A stretch of DNA of 64,000 nucleotides from an uncultured Candidatus Saccharibacteria bacterium (GCA_964407105.1 CAYOUG010000004.1:6936-70935), one strand, 5' to 3'. Counted from the first letter of the stretch, positions 8,284 through 18,122 are shown. Made by a program: numbers and translations. The notes: generated by a model from the letters alone, not told the origin.

Positions 8284-11200
8284 TTAGATTTCTGGCTCAA
8301 CCGGAGAAGAATTTTCTGGGGCTGATTCACCCTCAGGTTGTACTTGATCAACAGAAGAAGAATCGTTTGGTGGATTTACATCAGCATCAGCACTAGCATC
8401 TCCAGAAATTTCATCTCCGCCAGTTTGGGCTTGTGTCTGTGGGGGTTGCACTTCGCTAGTAGGCACCTCAACATTATTATTTTGACCACACTCACCAGCG
8501 ACAGAAAGCATTTTTCCATTAGACATCTTCAAACAATAAGGTTCGCCTGTAACCTCATCATAAAGTGTAATTCCTGTTGGCTTTTCACTACTTCCCACTG
8601 TAAATGTTTCTACTATCACATTTTTAAATTGAGCAACATCTTGTGCAATATTTACACCAAAATTTTTCAAATAATTCATTATCGCAACAATCAAAGATTC
8701 TGAATTTACAATTCCAGTAGAGGTTGCAGAGCTTGTTGCGGTAGTAGATGCAACACCAAGCTGATTTTCCAAAGCGGTGACTCGCATTTCTAGATTATCA
8801 AACTTATGTTGAAGTGCTTTTACGCCACCAAGCGTAAACACCGCGAGCTTATATGCATCTATATCTTTACCACCAACAGAAAGAATTTCACTTGGTGCTT
8901 CATCAGCAACAATTCCAAGTCGAAGTGGCGCCGACTCATCTTCATTTTTGTATCGATAAGTTGAAATTGTTGTACCTTTTATTTTATCAAGATACGTATC
9001 TAGATCAGTCTCAGTAAGTGATGTCACTGAATCAAGTTTGTTGCGATCACCAAATACTGAAAATCCGTAGCCAGCAACATCACCTGACACCGTAAGCTTG
9101 AACGAAGGACTTGTAGTACCAATACCTACGTTACCAAACGTGTCTTGTACCAACATATTTCCATAGTAGTAGGTTGGCTCAACTTTCATCATCACTGTTT
9201 TTGTGTAAAGTTTTGAATTTTCATCATATGATTGAATAGCTCGACCAATTACAGGACCAGAGGCTGTTGCTTTCATGGCCACACCAGAAATAGATGAGGA
9301 AGTGAGATAATCTCCTGGTTTAATATCTCCATTTTCAAGAGAGATAAGTACTGGCACACGTCCGGACATTGCTACGTTCACAGTATGTTCATTTGTTTCT
9401 CCAAGATTTTGTACACTTGTCATACCCACCACACCAAAAACATTTGCGTCATAAATTTTATTACTCAAACGCACACGTGAGGTGTCTTTTTCGTGGAAAG
9501 CAACCACCGAGCCCTCAACAAATTGAGTTGGATCTCCCACTAAATATGGCGCGGTAATAGCAGCCGCAGAAACAGAATTATAATTTTTAATATCATCTTC
9601 ACTAAGTGACGCCACACCACCCACTTCTTCAGATTGAGCAATCATTGGTGTAGAAAGAGATCCTGGTGGATCATCCATCCAAAAACGAATAAGAGAAACA
9701 AGTAGACTTGGATTTGCGTTGGCTGTAACACTAGCACCAGCAAAATTTGCAACGAGTGTTATTGGCTGAAGTGTCGCCGAAGGAATGGTTGTATTGTGTA
9801 CCGCCACCACAGCACCATTTATCAAATATGTTGCTGAGGTAGTAGAAAGTTCAATACGCATTTTTAGAAAATTTGTGGTCGAAGTCGCTACGTTTGTATT
9901 AGTAAATGTTTCTCCACTTCTATTTTTAGTAACCATTATCCAATTTGGCCCAGAGGTTGCTGTAAAAAATGCGCCCTGTGTTGGTACGGTTCCTGTATCA
10001 GCACCAAAAGCGGCGTCTGTAAGACCTACAACATAAAGAGGTGTGGTAGTAGCTGTCGCAGTACGTGTAGCTTGTACCCATGCTTCAAATATTGGACTTG
10101 ATGTTGCAGAACTAGTAAAAACCGCTGTGCGAAGTGCGCTTCCGTCTCCAACGGTTGGATTTGTTGCGCCGGCTTGCAATTGAATAGCGGGAGGGTATGT
10201 GTTCCTTGTTAAAATCGCGGTGCCGTCTGTATCTAAGTCGAAAGCAAAATCTCCACAGGCACCAGCAGCATCAGAAGACCAAGCACCTCCTCCAGAACCA
10301 CCCACATCGCAAGAAAGATATCGCCACGTTGTATATACACGACCAGCTACAGTAAGCTGATCTCGAAGTCCACCAGCACCCCACGTGGTTGTTGTACCGA
10401 TAGCTACACGAGCATAATCTAGAAGACCTGTGGTTGTGGAAGTTACATAAAAGAGTGGTTGCTGTCCTCCGTTATTCCAATCACTTGTGGTCGCCACTAT
10501 AAAAGACGGGAGAATACTGTCCGTTCCACCACCCACCACAGAAAGTTTTGCATATGCTGATGTGGTGCCGATTCCAAAATTTCCAACAGAACTTAATGTT
10601 GCTTTTGTTGCATTATTTACTCTAAATCCCATCGATTTTCCTGATGGTGTATTAAATATTGTTCCTTCACCAGCATCCCACAAAAATGAATAACTATTCG
10701 TGTCTGGTGCAACCGTGTTTGCTCCAAACCATATTCCGGGATATGTGGTGTCTCCCACGATATTTCCCAACAAAACCCCCCTTCCAGCTCCAGCGTTAGA
10801 AAATCCAGCAACCAAATTACCAGCAACGTCTAATTTTTGTACTGGTGAGCTAGTACCAATTCCTACATTTCCAATATTATTTACCAAAAAATATGTTGAT
10901 GTGGCGTTTGAAACAGATGATGATGCGATTGCAAATAAAGGAATTTGAGATGAAGCGTTTACGCTTGTTATGGAAAGTTTTGCATATGGTGTAGTTGTAC
11001 CGATTCCAACAAGTCCAGTAGAAGTGATGCGCATACGTTCATTTGATGAAAGTGTGCCAGCTGTATGGAAAATAATATTTGCATTGCCTGTGGTAGACGC
11101 AGTACCAATGGCAAGATTGCTATCTGAACTATAAAGATAGGCATCATTTGCGCCGGTGATAGAAAACGCTGCTTGATTGTATGTAGAACTATTGATACCA

Positions 11201-14200
11201 AGATCTACATAATATTTTGTATCTGAACCCAAATCATTTGTTGCTATCCAGTCAGAAGAAGCTGCACTTCCTGAACTTGAATTTTGAATATTTGCTTGAA
11301 GATATCCATCTGTAGATGAGCCAATATTTAACATTGCGCCAGGAAACAATGATCCTGATCCGATAATTGTCTGTGAAAGATACGAAGTACTCGACGCATA
11401 TATTCCTGCCTTTGCCCACAGTGCTGTGGTGGTAGCTGAGGTATTTACTCCGTAGTTTGTAAGTGGTGTGAATGGGAAAGCACCTCCTGATGCAGTAATA
11501 GCTCCACAGGTTACTACCCCTGATGAATCGGTAGTAAGTGCACTTGATCCACTACAACCAGAGATACCTGAAATATTGAGTGCTGTGGTGGAAGCTGTGC
11601 CTGAGACGGTGATTGCGGTGGTTGAAGCGTATGGGAAGGTGGAGGCAGAGCTTGAGGTAGAGGTAATAGCACCACCAACAAAAAGAGTACTTGAGATGTA
11701 ACCCGCACCGTGTACTGAAAAAAGTTTCCCAGGTGTACTTGTAGCGACTCCCACATTTCCAAAAGCCGAAACACTATTATGACCAAGAACTACATTTCCA
11801 TTAGCGTTTCCTTGACCCGCATAAATAAAGACACTACCACCAGAAGCCTGAGCTTCTGTATCACTACCAGCCCCAATAAACACATCTCCTCCTTGAGTAG
11901 TTACAGTGTCCGCACCCAAAATAGAAAGTCGCCCACCTCCAGCAGTATCAAAACCGATTGTTCTGTTTGTGGCGGCCGATGTAAAATACAAATCACCATT
12001 TACTTCAAGTCTTGCGTTTGGACTCAATGTACCAACCCCAATAAATCCACTTGAATTCCATATTCCAGAACCTGGGAAGTAGGCTGTACCAGAAACAGAA
12101 AGTGCGGTAGTGGTTGCATTTGTTGTGGTTGAGTTATCAAAGATTGCGTTTGCAAAATATGAGGTTGATGATGCAAATATCCCAGACTGTGCCCACAGTG
12201 CTGTGGTGGTAGCTGAGGTATTTACTCCGTAGTTTGTAAGTGGTGTGAATGGGAAAGCTCCTCCTCCACCCACAATAGCTCCACAGGCTACTACTCCTGA
12301 TGCGTTGGTAGTAAGTGCGTTTGATCCACTACAACCCGAGATACCTGAAATATTGAGTGCTGTGGTAGAAGCTGTACCTGTGACAGTGATTGCGGTAGTT
12401 GAAGCGTATGGGAAGGTGGAGGCAGAGCTTGAAGTAGAGGTGATGGTGCCGCCGACAAAGAGAGTACTTGAGATGTAACCCGCGCCCTGAACAGCAAATT
12501 TTGTGCTTGGGGTTGCAGTAGCCACTCCAACATTTCCAAAAATATCAACGATAAATTGTGTCGAGGTTGCAATACCTGTTGAAGAAGAGGCTACTACAAA
12601 TTGTGGTATGAGACTGTTGTGAGAACTAACGGAAAGTTTTGCCCATGGAGTACTTGTACCAACACCAACTCTTCCTCCAGTATCAGCAATAATTACATTT
12701 CCATCGTAAGCAGGAACCCCTCCACTTGAAGCACCACCACGTATGTATATGTTCCCGCCACTTGTTGATCCGCCCACATCTTCATTTCCAGCAGCACCCG
12801 CCGCCAACAAAAGATGACTTCCTGCAACATCAGATGCACTTTGTCCAATAAATATTCTTCTTGTAGCAATTGAAGCTATACCTGGAAAAGAGATATCGCC
12901 AGCAACCAAAAGCTGAGGTAAACCGCTTGGATTTAGATCAGAATTTGATGTAGTAAATCTTTGGTAAGAACCAATTTGTACATACTGATTGTATACAGCG
13001 AGAACATCTCTATCTGATGATGTTGCTACAGTGAGTAGTTTCAAGCCGGGTTCATTATTTCCAAATCCAGTTATTGTTGAACCTACGATAGCAAGTTTCG
13101 CCTTTGCCGAGGTGGTACCTATATAAAGACCTGTTGCAAATGTACTTGTGGCAGAAAAATTCGCAGCCACAAATTGTGAAGTACTCGACGCAAATATTCC
13201 AGACTGTGCCCACAGTGCTGTGGTGGTAGCTGAGGTATTTACTCCGTAGTTTGTAAGTGGTGTGAATGGGAAAGCTCCTCCTCCACCCACAATAGCTCCA
13301 CAGGCTACTACTCCTGATGCGTTGGTAGTAAGTGCACTTGATCCACTACATCCTGAGATACCTGAAATATTGAGTGCAGTGGTGGAAGCTGTGCCTGAGA
13401 CGGTGATTGCTGTGGTTGAAGCGTATGGAAATACTGAAGCTGTTGATGTAGTAGCGGTGAAGTATGCGGATACGGTCTCTCCCACCACAGAAAGTTTTGC
13501 GTATGGTGAGGTGGTGCCGACTCCGACATTGCCGCCATTCAAAACTATTTTTCCATTAGCACCAGCAGAAGCGTTTGCGCCAGATGTGCCCGCAGTAATA
13601 TAAACACTACCTCCCGCACCACCAGTATCTGGACCGCCACTACCAGCTCCGCCATTACCTGCAGTAAGAGTTAAATCTCCACCAACACCCGCTGGACCAC
13701 CTGATCCACCAGCACCACCAGTACCTGTGGTTATGGTTATAGCACCACCCGCTCCACCAGCACCACCTGCTCCAGTTCCAGTTCCACCAGTTCCAGCAAA
13801 AAGAAGCATTTTGCCACCGACACCAGCCGTTGCTCCAGATCCACCCGTTCCACCAAGAACTGAAAACACTGTTGATGCACTAATACCAGAAGATTGATCG
13901 TTTCCTTTTACTGAAAACTTAGCAAATGGCGAACTTGTTCCCACTCCTACATTTCCAATAACATCAACAATAAAATCTGTTGTTGTTGCAAATACACCAG
14001 CAGTAGAAGAAGCAATTACAAATTGTGGTTGTGTTCCTCCGTTTGAACTAACAGAAAGTTTTGCCCATGGAGTAGTTGATGATACACCGATATTTCCAGT
14101 AGAGGTTACTCTTAAATATTCATTGCCTCCAGTAGAAAATCCAACAACATCAGCACTAGGAGAAAATACTCCAGTATTAGTATCACCACTAAATGAAAGA

Positions 14201-15777
14201 CCTGGGGTAGCGGCATTACCAGCACCAGCAATACCTAGAGTTTGAGTAGTATTAATTCTAGCTGTACCAGCAATCCAAAATTGTGTTGAAGCATTAACTA
14301 CACCGTCAGCTCGCCAATAATCGTTGGTGTTATTAAACATGAAATAATCTGTCGCTCCAGAAATTGCAGACGCCGCAAGATTTATACCATATACCGCCGC
14401 AGCACCAAGATTTGAAATATTAAGTCCTGCAAGACCAAGTCCTCCTCCGTCTATAGTAAGTCGTGAACTAGAACCGCTTGAAGCTCCGGGTGTTGATGTA
14501 CCAATACCAATAGATCCATTAAACGAAGATGTCGCGGTAGATGTACCGACAAAAGTTTCTCCTACCACCTGTCCCGCCACAGAAAGTTTTGCATAAGGTG
14601 AGGTGGTGCCGATTCCCACACTTCCAGTAGATGTCCATATTCCAGAACCTGGGAAATAAGCAGTACCAGAAACAGAAAGTGCGGTAGTGGTTGCATTTGT
14701 TGTGGTTGAGTTATCAAAGATTGCGTTTGCAAAATATGAGGTTGATGATGCAAATATCCCAGACTGTGCCCACAGTGCTGTGGTGGTAGCTGAGGTATTT
14801 ACTCCGTAGTTTGTAAGTGGTGTGAATGGGAAAGCTCCTCCTCCACCCACAATAGCTCCACAGGCTACTACTCCTGATGCGTTGGTAGTAAGTGCGTTTG
14901 ATCCACTACAACCCGAGATACCTGAAATATTGAGTGCTGTGGTAGAAGCTGTACCTGTGACAGTGATTGCGGTAGTTGAAGCGTATGGGAAGGTGGAGGC
15001 AGTAGATGTGGTAGCGGTGAAGTATGCGGATACTGTTTGACCAACAACAGAAAGTTTTGCATAAGGTGAGGTGGTGCCGATTCCTACATTTCCTCCACTT
15101 TTTAATGTAAGTACCGATGCAGAACTTGGACCAATAAAGTTTGCAATGTCACCCGCTCCGTTTTGTGTAATCGTCAAAAATGTTGATGCAGTATTTGTAG
15201 CGTTTGTTGCATCAGCGCGCAAAAATTGCTCGCTTGAAAGACCATCTAAGGTATCTGCAACAAACGCTGCCGGCACAGCACCAAGTTTTTTTCGAGGTGT
15301 CATTTCCCCATCCCAAACCGCACCACCACCAGATCCTCCCACCTCAACCCCGAGGTAAAGCGTTTGATTGAAATCTACACTCGTCAGCGGTGTAGAGCTT
15401 CCAAGCATAACACTGAAAAGACCGTTGGTAAGGGTGATACGATCACCTGCCGCAGTACTCCTGTCTTCATCCCAAATACTCGCTCCACCTGTTGCAACAG
15501 TGTAGAGCTTAAATCTCATGTGATACGTGCCATCAGCGACAGCAACATTGCTTGAATTAGTAAGCTTTCCCTGATAATTAATTTCTTTATTAAATGCAGC
15601 GTTTGCACTTTTTGTTTGGCCTAGAAACAAAAGTTGCGGCGATAAAAGAGATACGAGTACAACAAACACAACAGCTGTTGTATATACGCGTAGAAAACGA
15701 CGTGTGCATGCAAAAGCCGTCGTGCGCATTGTGACCGCATTTCTTATATCTATGATGTTTTTAATAAGCGTACGCAT
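8284..15777 (-). CDS. Giant secreted fibre/adhesin-like protein (2497 aa). Repetitive Gly/Thr/Ser-rich tail-fibre-like beta-helical repeats, Gly-rich block, C-terminal Peptidase_S74 intramolecular chaperone domain plus acidic C-terminal extension
   Basis: N-terminal signal/TM (VVFVVLVSLLSPQLLFLGQ). At least 10 copies of G(I/V)GT(T/S)SP(Y/W/F)AKLSV(V/S)G-type repeats. Four copies of a roughly 130-aa module (SAYFTATTSTAS...CSGS...ACGAIVGGGGAFPFTPLTNYGVNTSATTTALWAQSGIFASSTS). Near the C-terminus ...FGDRNKLDSVTSLTETDLDTYLDKIKGTTISTYRYKNEDESAPLRLGIVADEAPSEIL...YKLAVFTLGGVKALQHKFDNLEMRVTALENQL matches the endosialidase-chaperone (S74) domain consensus (SDRRLKenI...l..v.Y.yk......r.GfIAqEv..v.Pe.v........y.l...i.A.kel....eeLe). 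Confidence 0.85.
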   Translation of the reverse strand: MRTLIKNIIDIRNAVTMRTTAFACTRRFLRVYTTAVVFVVLVSLLSPQLLFLGQTKSANAAFNKEINYQGKLTNSSNVAVADGTYHMRFKLYTVATGGASIWDEDRSTAAGDRITLTNGLFSVMLGSSTPLTSVDFNQTLYLGVEVGGSGGGAVWDGEMTPRKKLGAVPAAFVADTLDGLSSEQFLRADATNATNTASTFLTITQNGAGDIANFIGPSSASVLTLKSGGNVGIGTTSPYAKLSVVGQTVSAYFTATTSTASTFPYASTTAITVTGTASTTALNISGISGCSGSNALTTNASGVVACGAIVGGGGAFPFTPLTNYGVNTSATTTALWAQSGIFASSTSYFANAIFDNSTTTNATTTALSVSGTAYFPGSGIWTSTGSVGIGTTSPYAKLSVAGQVVGETFVGTSTATSSFNGSIGIGTSTPGASSGSSSRLTIDGGGLGLAGLNISNLGAAAVYGINLAASAISGATDYFMFNNTNDYWRADGVVNASTQFWIAGTARINTTQTLGIAGAGNAATPGLSFSGDTNTGVFSPSADVVGFSTGGNEYLRVTSTGNIGVSSTTPWAKLSVSSNGGTQPQFVIASSTAGVFATTTDFIVDVIGNVGVGTSSPFAKFSVKGNDQSSGISASTVFSVLGGTGGSGATAGVGGKMLLFAGTGGTGTGAGGAGGAGGAITITTGTGGAGGSGGPAGVGGDLTLTAGNGGAGSGGPDTGGAGGSVYITAGTSGANASAGANGKIVLNGGNVGVGTTSPYAKLSVVGETVSAYFTATTSTASVFPYASTTAITVSGTASTTALNISGISGCSGSSALTTNASGVVACGAIVGGGGAFPFTPLTNYGVNTSATTTALWAQSGIFASSTSQFVAANFSATSTFATGLYIGTTSAKAKLAIVGSTITGFGNNEPGLKLLTVATSSDRDVLAVYNQYVQIGSYQRFTTSNSDLNPSGLPQLLVAGDISFPGIASIATRRIFIGQSASDVAGSHLLLAAGAAGNEDVGGSTSGGNIYIRGGASSGGVPAYDGNVIIADTGGRVGVGTSTPWAKLSVSSHNSLIPQFVVASSSTGIATSTQFIVDIFGNVGVATATPSTKFAVQGAGYISSTLFVGGTITSTSSSASTFPYASTTAITVTGTASTTALNISGISGCSGSNALTTNASGVVACGAIVGGGGAFPFTPLTNYGVNTSATTTALWAQSGIFASSTSYFANAIFDNSTTTNATTTALSVSGTAYFPGSGIWNSSGFIGVGTLSPNARLEVNGDLYFTSAATNRTIGFDTAGGGRLSILGADTVTTQGGDVFIGAGSDTEAQASGGSVFIYAGQGNANGNVVLGHNSVSAFGNVGVATSTPGKLFSVHGAGYISSTLFVGGAITSTSSSASTFPYASTTAITVSGTASTTALNISGISGCSGSSALTTDSSGVVTCGAITASGGAFPFTPLTNYGVNTSATTTALWAKAGIYASSTSYLSQTIIGSGSLFPGAMLNIGSSTDGYLQANIQNSSSGSAASSDWIATNDLGSDTKYYVDLGINSSTYNQAAFSITGANDAYLYSSDSNLAIGTASTTGNANIIFHTAGTLSSNERMRITSTGLVGIGTTTPYAKLSITSVNASSQIPLFAIASSSVSNATSTYFLVNNIGNVGIGTSSPVQKLDVAGNLVAGFSNAGAGRGVLLGNIVGDTTYPGIWFGANTVAPDTNSYSFLWDAGEGTIFNTPSGKSMGFRVNNATKATLSSVGNFGIGTTSAYAKLSVVGGGTDSILPSFIVATTSDWNNGGQQPLFYVTSTTTGLLDYARVAIGTTTTWGAGGLRDQLTVAGRVYTTWRYLSCDVGGSGGGAWSSDAAGACGDFAFDLDTDGTAILTRNTYPPAIQLQAGATNPTVGDGSALRTAVFTSSATSSPIFEAWVQATRTATATTTPLYVVGLTDAAFGADTGTVPTQGAFFTATSGPNWIMVTKNRSGETFTNTNVATSTTNFLKMRIELSTTSATYLINGAVVAVHNTTIPSATLQPITLVANFAGASVTANANPSLLVSLIRFWMDDPPGSLSTPMIAQSEEVGGVASLSEDDIKNYNSVSAAAITAPYLVGDPTQFVEGSVVAFHEKDTSRVRLSNKIYDANVFGVVGMTSVQNLGETNEHTVNVAMSGRVPVLISLENGDIKPGDYLTSSSISGVAMKATASGPVIGRAIQSYDENSKLYTKTVMMKVEPTYYYGNMLVQDTFGNVGIGTTSPSFKLTVSGDVAGYGFSVFGDRNKLDSVTSLTETDLDTYLDKIKGTTISTYRYKNEDESAPLRLGIVADEAPSEILSVGGKDIDAYKLAVFTLGGVKALQHKFDNLEMRVTALENQLGVASTTATSSATSTGIVNSESLIVAIMNYLKNFGVNIAQDVAQFKNVIVETFTVGSSEKPTGITLYDEVTGEPYCLKMSNGKMLSVAGECGQNNNVEVPTSEVQPPQTQAQTGGDEISGDASADADVNPPNDSSSVDQVQPEGESAPENSSPVEPEI
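11377..11706. repeat. Intragenic DNA repeat copy 1 (most divergent) inside the giant fibre gene
   Basis: Shares tgcccacagtgctgtggtggtagctgaggtatttactccgtagtttgtaagtggtgtgaatgggaaagc... through ...gagtacttgagatgtaacccgc with the copy at 12058-12486. The antisense ORF 11468-11701 translates nearly identically to the ORFs at 12245, 13262 and 14822. Confidence 0.75.
12058..12486. repeat. Intragenic DNA repeat copy 2 (about 430 bp), near-identical to copy 4
   Basis: 12058-12426 is essentially identical to 14635-15003 (about 369 bp), and then continues like copy 1. Confidence 0.8.
13166..13436. repeat. Intragenic DNA repeat copy 3
   Basis: agactgtgcccacagtgctgtggtggtagctgaggtatttactccgtagtttgtaagtggtgtgaatgggaaagctcctcctccacccacaatagctccacaggctactactcctgatgcgttggtagtaagtgc... 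is shared with copies 2 and 4. Confidence 0.8.
14635..15003. repeat. Intragenic DNA repeat copy 4, near-identical to copy 2
   Basis: See copy 2. The identity runs from ccatattccagaacctggg... through ...gcgtatgggaaggtggaggcag. Confidence 0.8.
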
Positions 15778-15780
15778 TAA

Positions 15781-17349
15781 TTATTTTTTGAGAAGCGCTC
15801 GGACAAATTTATATCCGAGAAAAAGCAACACAAAGATAAGTATTAGAACAAGAAGAACAGGAATATTTTCTGAAACAAGAACAAACAAACCGTGAAGTGA
15901 TAAATCTGTATTTGATGCAACATTTGGCATCAAAGACACGATCACACCTGCAAGTTTTTTTAATCCTTGATTTTTGTAATCAAGAATCGTTACACCAAAC
16001 TCAAACTTTCCTGAACGACCAAGCGGTGCAATGAGTGCCTCATAAGCTGTTTTCTCTTTATTTACTCGAAGCAAAAACGAAAATGTTTTAGAGTGATCTT
16101 CTGGGTCTCGCATTGTTACCGTAATCGTCTTTAGAATTTCTGGAACTTTTTTGTAATCAAGAGAAATTGTAAGTTCTCGATCTCCTTCTATTTCAACTGA
16201 GTGAGAAGTAACAGAAAGTTTTTTACCATTTTGAAAGAAATCTAAATCAAGCACCGTGAGTCCCGCAATCATTGGATGAACTTTTGATTGAGGTAACTCT
16301 TGTATTTCTCCAAAAAGATCTTCTGAATCATGTGGCTCGCCTATTTTATAGAGTCGGCCTTTTGTAACCGCTCCAGATGAATAGTTACCAAACTCATCGC
16401 GAGCAAAAACTGTGTAGTAATAAACTTTTCCATACTCCACATCTGTGTCTACTAGAAATTCAGCATTTCCTTCATAAACCACTTTTCCATCAAACAAATC
16501 TTTTGGATAAAATTTGTCAGATCGCACTACACGTACAGATTCAAAATCCACAAGAGGATTTTTCCAAGAGAGTGTGATTTTTTTATCATCACCCACCGCT
16601 TTTAAATTTGTAACGTTACTCGGCGGATTTGTATCAGGTAATGATGTAGTTACAAATTGTTGATTGTCTATCACAAGTTTTCGTCCATATGCATCAATAA
16701 GCTCGATTCTGAAATAATATGTCGTACCCGGTGTAAGACTTTCTATACTAATAGAGTGATTTGTGAGAAAGAGCTGTTCGGCAAGAGTACCGATCTCATA
16801 ATCTGGAGTTTCTCCCCACGACACAATCGCTTGTGTGTAGATGTTTGTCTCAAAATTTATGACAGAACTTGTAACGTCTGGTTGCACCGACATGCCAAGC
16901 AATTTAAGCAACAAAGTTCCCGATATGTTTCCATCACTGGTTGTTGGTGGTGGAACTGAGGCTTCAAGTGTTGTCGCAGTAGCGGTTGCTGATGTTGGTG
17001 AATAGTTGAACGATGAATCAAATGCGGTCACTGTATAGTCGTATGTTGTTTCCGGAGAAAGACCAGTATTTGAATATGTCGTTGCGGTAGATGTTGCAAT
17101 AAACACTAGATCACGAAAGACTTGATATCCTGCAACACCATAATTATCTGTTGATGCAGTCCATGAAAGATTTATCTGCGAACTCGATACTGCAGTAGCT
17201 GTAAGATTTGTGGGAGTAGATGGGGCGACACCGTCAACGACCGTTATTGATTGCTCTACTTGAAACGTATCTTCTGCCGCTTGTATAGATAGCACCGCAC
17301 CACAAAGTGTGACGGTGAAAACCATAAAAATGTATAGAAGTTTTTTCAT
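15781..17349 (-). CDS. Cell-surface protein with fibronectin type III domains, N-terminal signal peptide and C-terminal TM anchor
   Basis: 522 aa. Signal peptide (MKKLLYIFMVFTVTLCGAVLSIQA). FN3 hallmark motifs (NLTATAVSSSQINLSWTASTDNYGVAGYQVFRD; KKITLSWKNPLVDFESVRVVRSDKFYP...YYYTVFARDEFGN). C-terminal hydrophobic anchor IPVLLVLILIFVLLFLGYKFVRALLKK. The stop lies 3 nt from the giant gene start. Confidence 0.7.
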   Translation of the reverse strand: MKKLLYIFMVFTVTLCGAVLSIQAAEDTFQVEQSITVVDGVAPSTPTNLTATAVSSSQINLSWTASTDNYGVAGYQVFRDLVFIATSTATTYSNTGLSPETTYDYTVTAFDSSFNYSPTSATATATTLEASVPPPTTSDGNISGTLLLKLLGMSVQPDVTSSVINFETNIYTQAIVSWGETPDYEIGTLAEQLFLTNHSISIESLTPGTTYYFRIELIDAYGRKLVIDNQQFVTTSLPDTNPPSNVTNLKAVGDDKKITLSWKNPLVDFESVRVVRSDKFYPKDLFDGKVVYEGNAEFLVDTDVEYGKVYYYTVFARDEFGNYSSGAVTKGRLYKIGEPHDSEDLFGEIQELPQSKVHPMIAGLTVLDLDFFQNGKKLSVTSHSVEIEGDRELTISLDYKKVPEILKTITVTMRDPEDHSKTFSFLLRVNKEKTAYEALIAPLGRSGKFEFGVTILDYKNQGLKKLAGVIVSLMPNVASNTDLSLHGLFVLVSENIPVLLVLILIFVLLFLGYKFVRALLKK

Positions 17350-17355
17350 TACGTT

Positions 17356-18120
17356 TTAAAGGGGTAGTGCAGTAACTGTTGTTGTGGCTAGATATACTCC
17401 TTCTGGTTGAAGATGTGCAGTGCCAGATTGAGCACGAAATTTTAGTGTTGTAGCGGTACCTGATGGATGATTTGGAGAAGTACTTCTACTTATTACTTCA
17501 TTCGCAGTTGAGAGATTGTACCAACACGCATCTGCTGTATCGGTTGTGTCAACATTGCATGTGTTAGATCCATTGTCTTTAAACTTTTGAACAATGTGTG
17601 AACCTTCAGGTGTAAAAGCAAATTCTGATGCAGAAGCAGCGATTGAAAAGGTGAAATCTGGATTTGCACCAGCTGGTGTATAATCCGCAAAACTATTTGC
17701 ACCACTCACAAGCGCTGGTGAAGAACTTGCTTTGATACTAAGTTCATAACCAGAAGGACTGTCGGTAATAACCGTCACAACCGCGGATCCATTTGAAGTA
17801 CCGCCGGTCACACCACCAATATTTGGACTCATAACCACATCAGAAACAGAAGTAATTGCGATATACACTTCTTGCATCTGTTGATACCCTGCTTTTATTT
17901 TGTAGAGTGTGCCTGAAGATTCGCCAGTAGCTACTTCTCCAGCAGTACTTTCTTGCGTATAACTTGTAGAAGTAGAAAGTCCTCCTCCAAAATTAACGCT
18001 GTCGCTTTGAATTTTGTATAACGTACCGGTCATTTGAGCAAAAGAAACATTGCCAAATGTTGATACCACATACAAAGAAACTGAAACAAATAAAGCTGTA
18101 TACAGATAAGCCTTAAACAT
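17356..18120 (-). CDS. Secreted Ser/Thr-rich protein, paralog A of 19104-19808
   Basis: 254 aa with signal peptide. Shares with 19104-19808 the motifs VTGGTS.G, GY...IKASSSPA, KFKDNGSNTCN, two conserved Cys (..NTCN... ..CW..LST) and a T/A-rich C-terminus (TATATLTAVT / ATTTVTALPL). Confidence 0.55.
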   Translation of the reverse strand: MFKAYLYTALFVSVSLYVVSTFGNVSFAQMTGTLYKIQSDSVNFGGGLSTSTSYTQESTAGEVATGESSGTLYKIKAGYQQMQEVYIAITSVSDVVMSPNIGGVTGGTSNGSAVVTVITDSPSGYELSIKASSSPALVSGANSFADYTPAGANPDFTFSIAASASEFAFTPEGSHIVQKFKDNGSNTCNVDTTDTADACWYNLSTANEVISRSTSPNHPSGTATTLKFRAQSGTAHLQPEGVYLATTTVTALPL

Positions 18121-18122
18121 GA

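Noticed and set aside
7838-8396. Four tabulated + strand ORFs (7838-8038, 8017-8325, 8042-8269, 8145-8396; 66-102 aa)
   Set aside because: They overlap the RNase P RNA gene and its terminator. The GC-rich structured RNA creates long stop-free frames; none has a recognisable protein signature.
11468-15040. Repeated + strand ORFs translating as MNGKAPPPPTIAPQATTPD... (11468-11701, 12245-12478, 13262-13603, 14822-15040) and many other 60-120 aa ORFs antisense to the fibre gene
   Set aside because: They are antisense shadows of the 7.5-kb minus-strand gene. Their identity to one another only reflects the intragenic DNA repeats.
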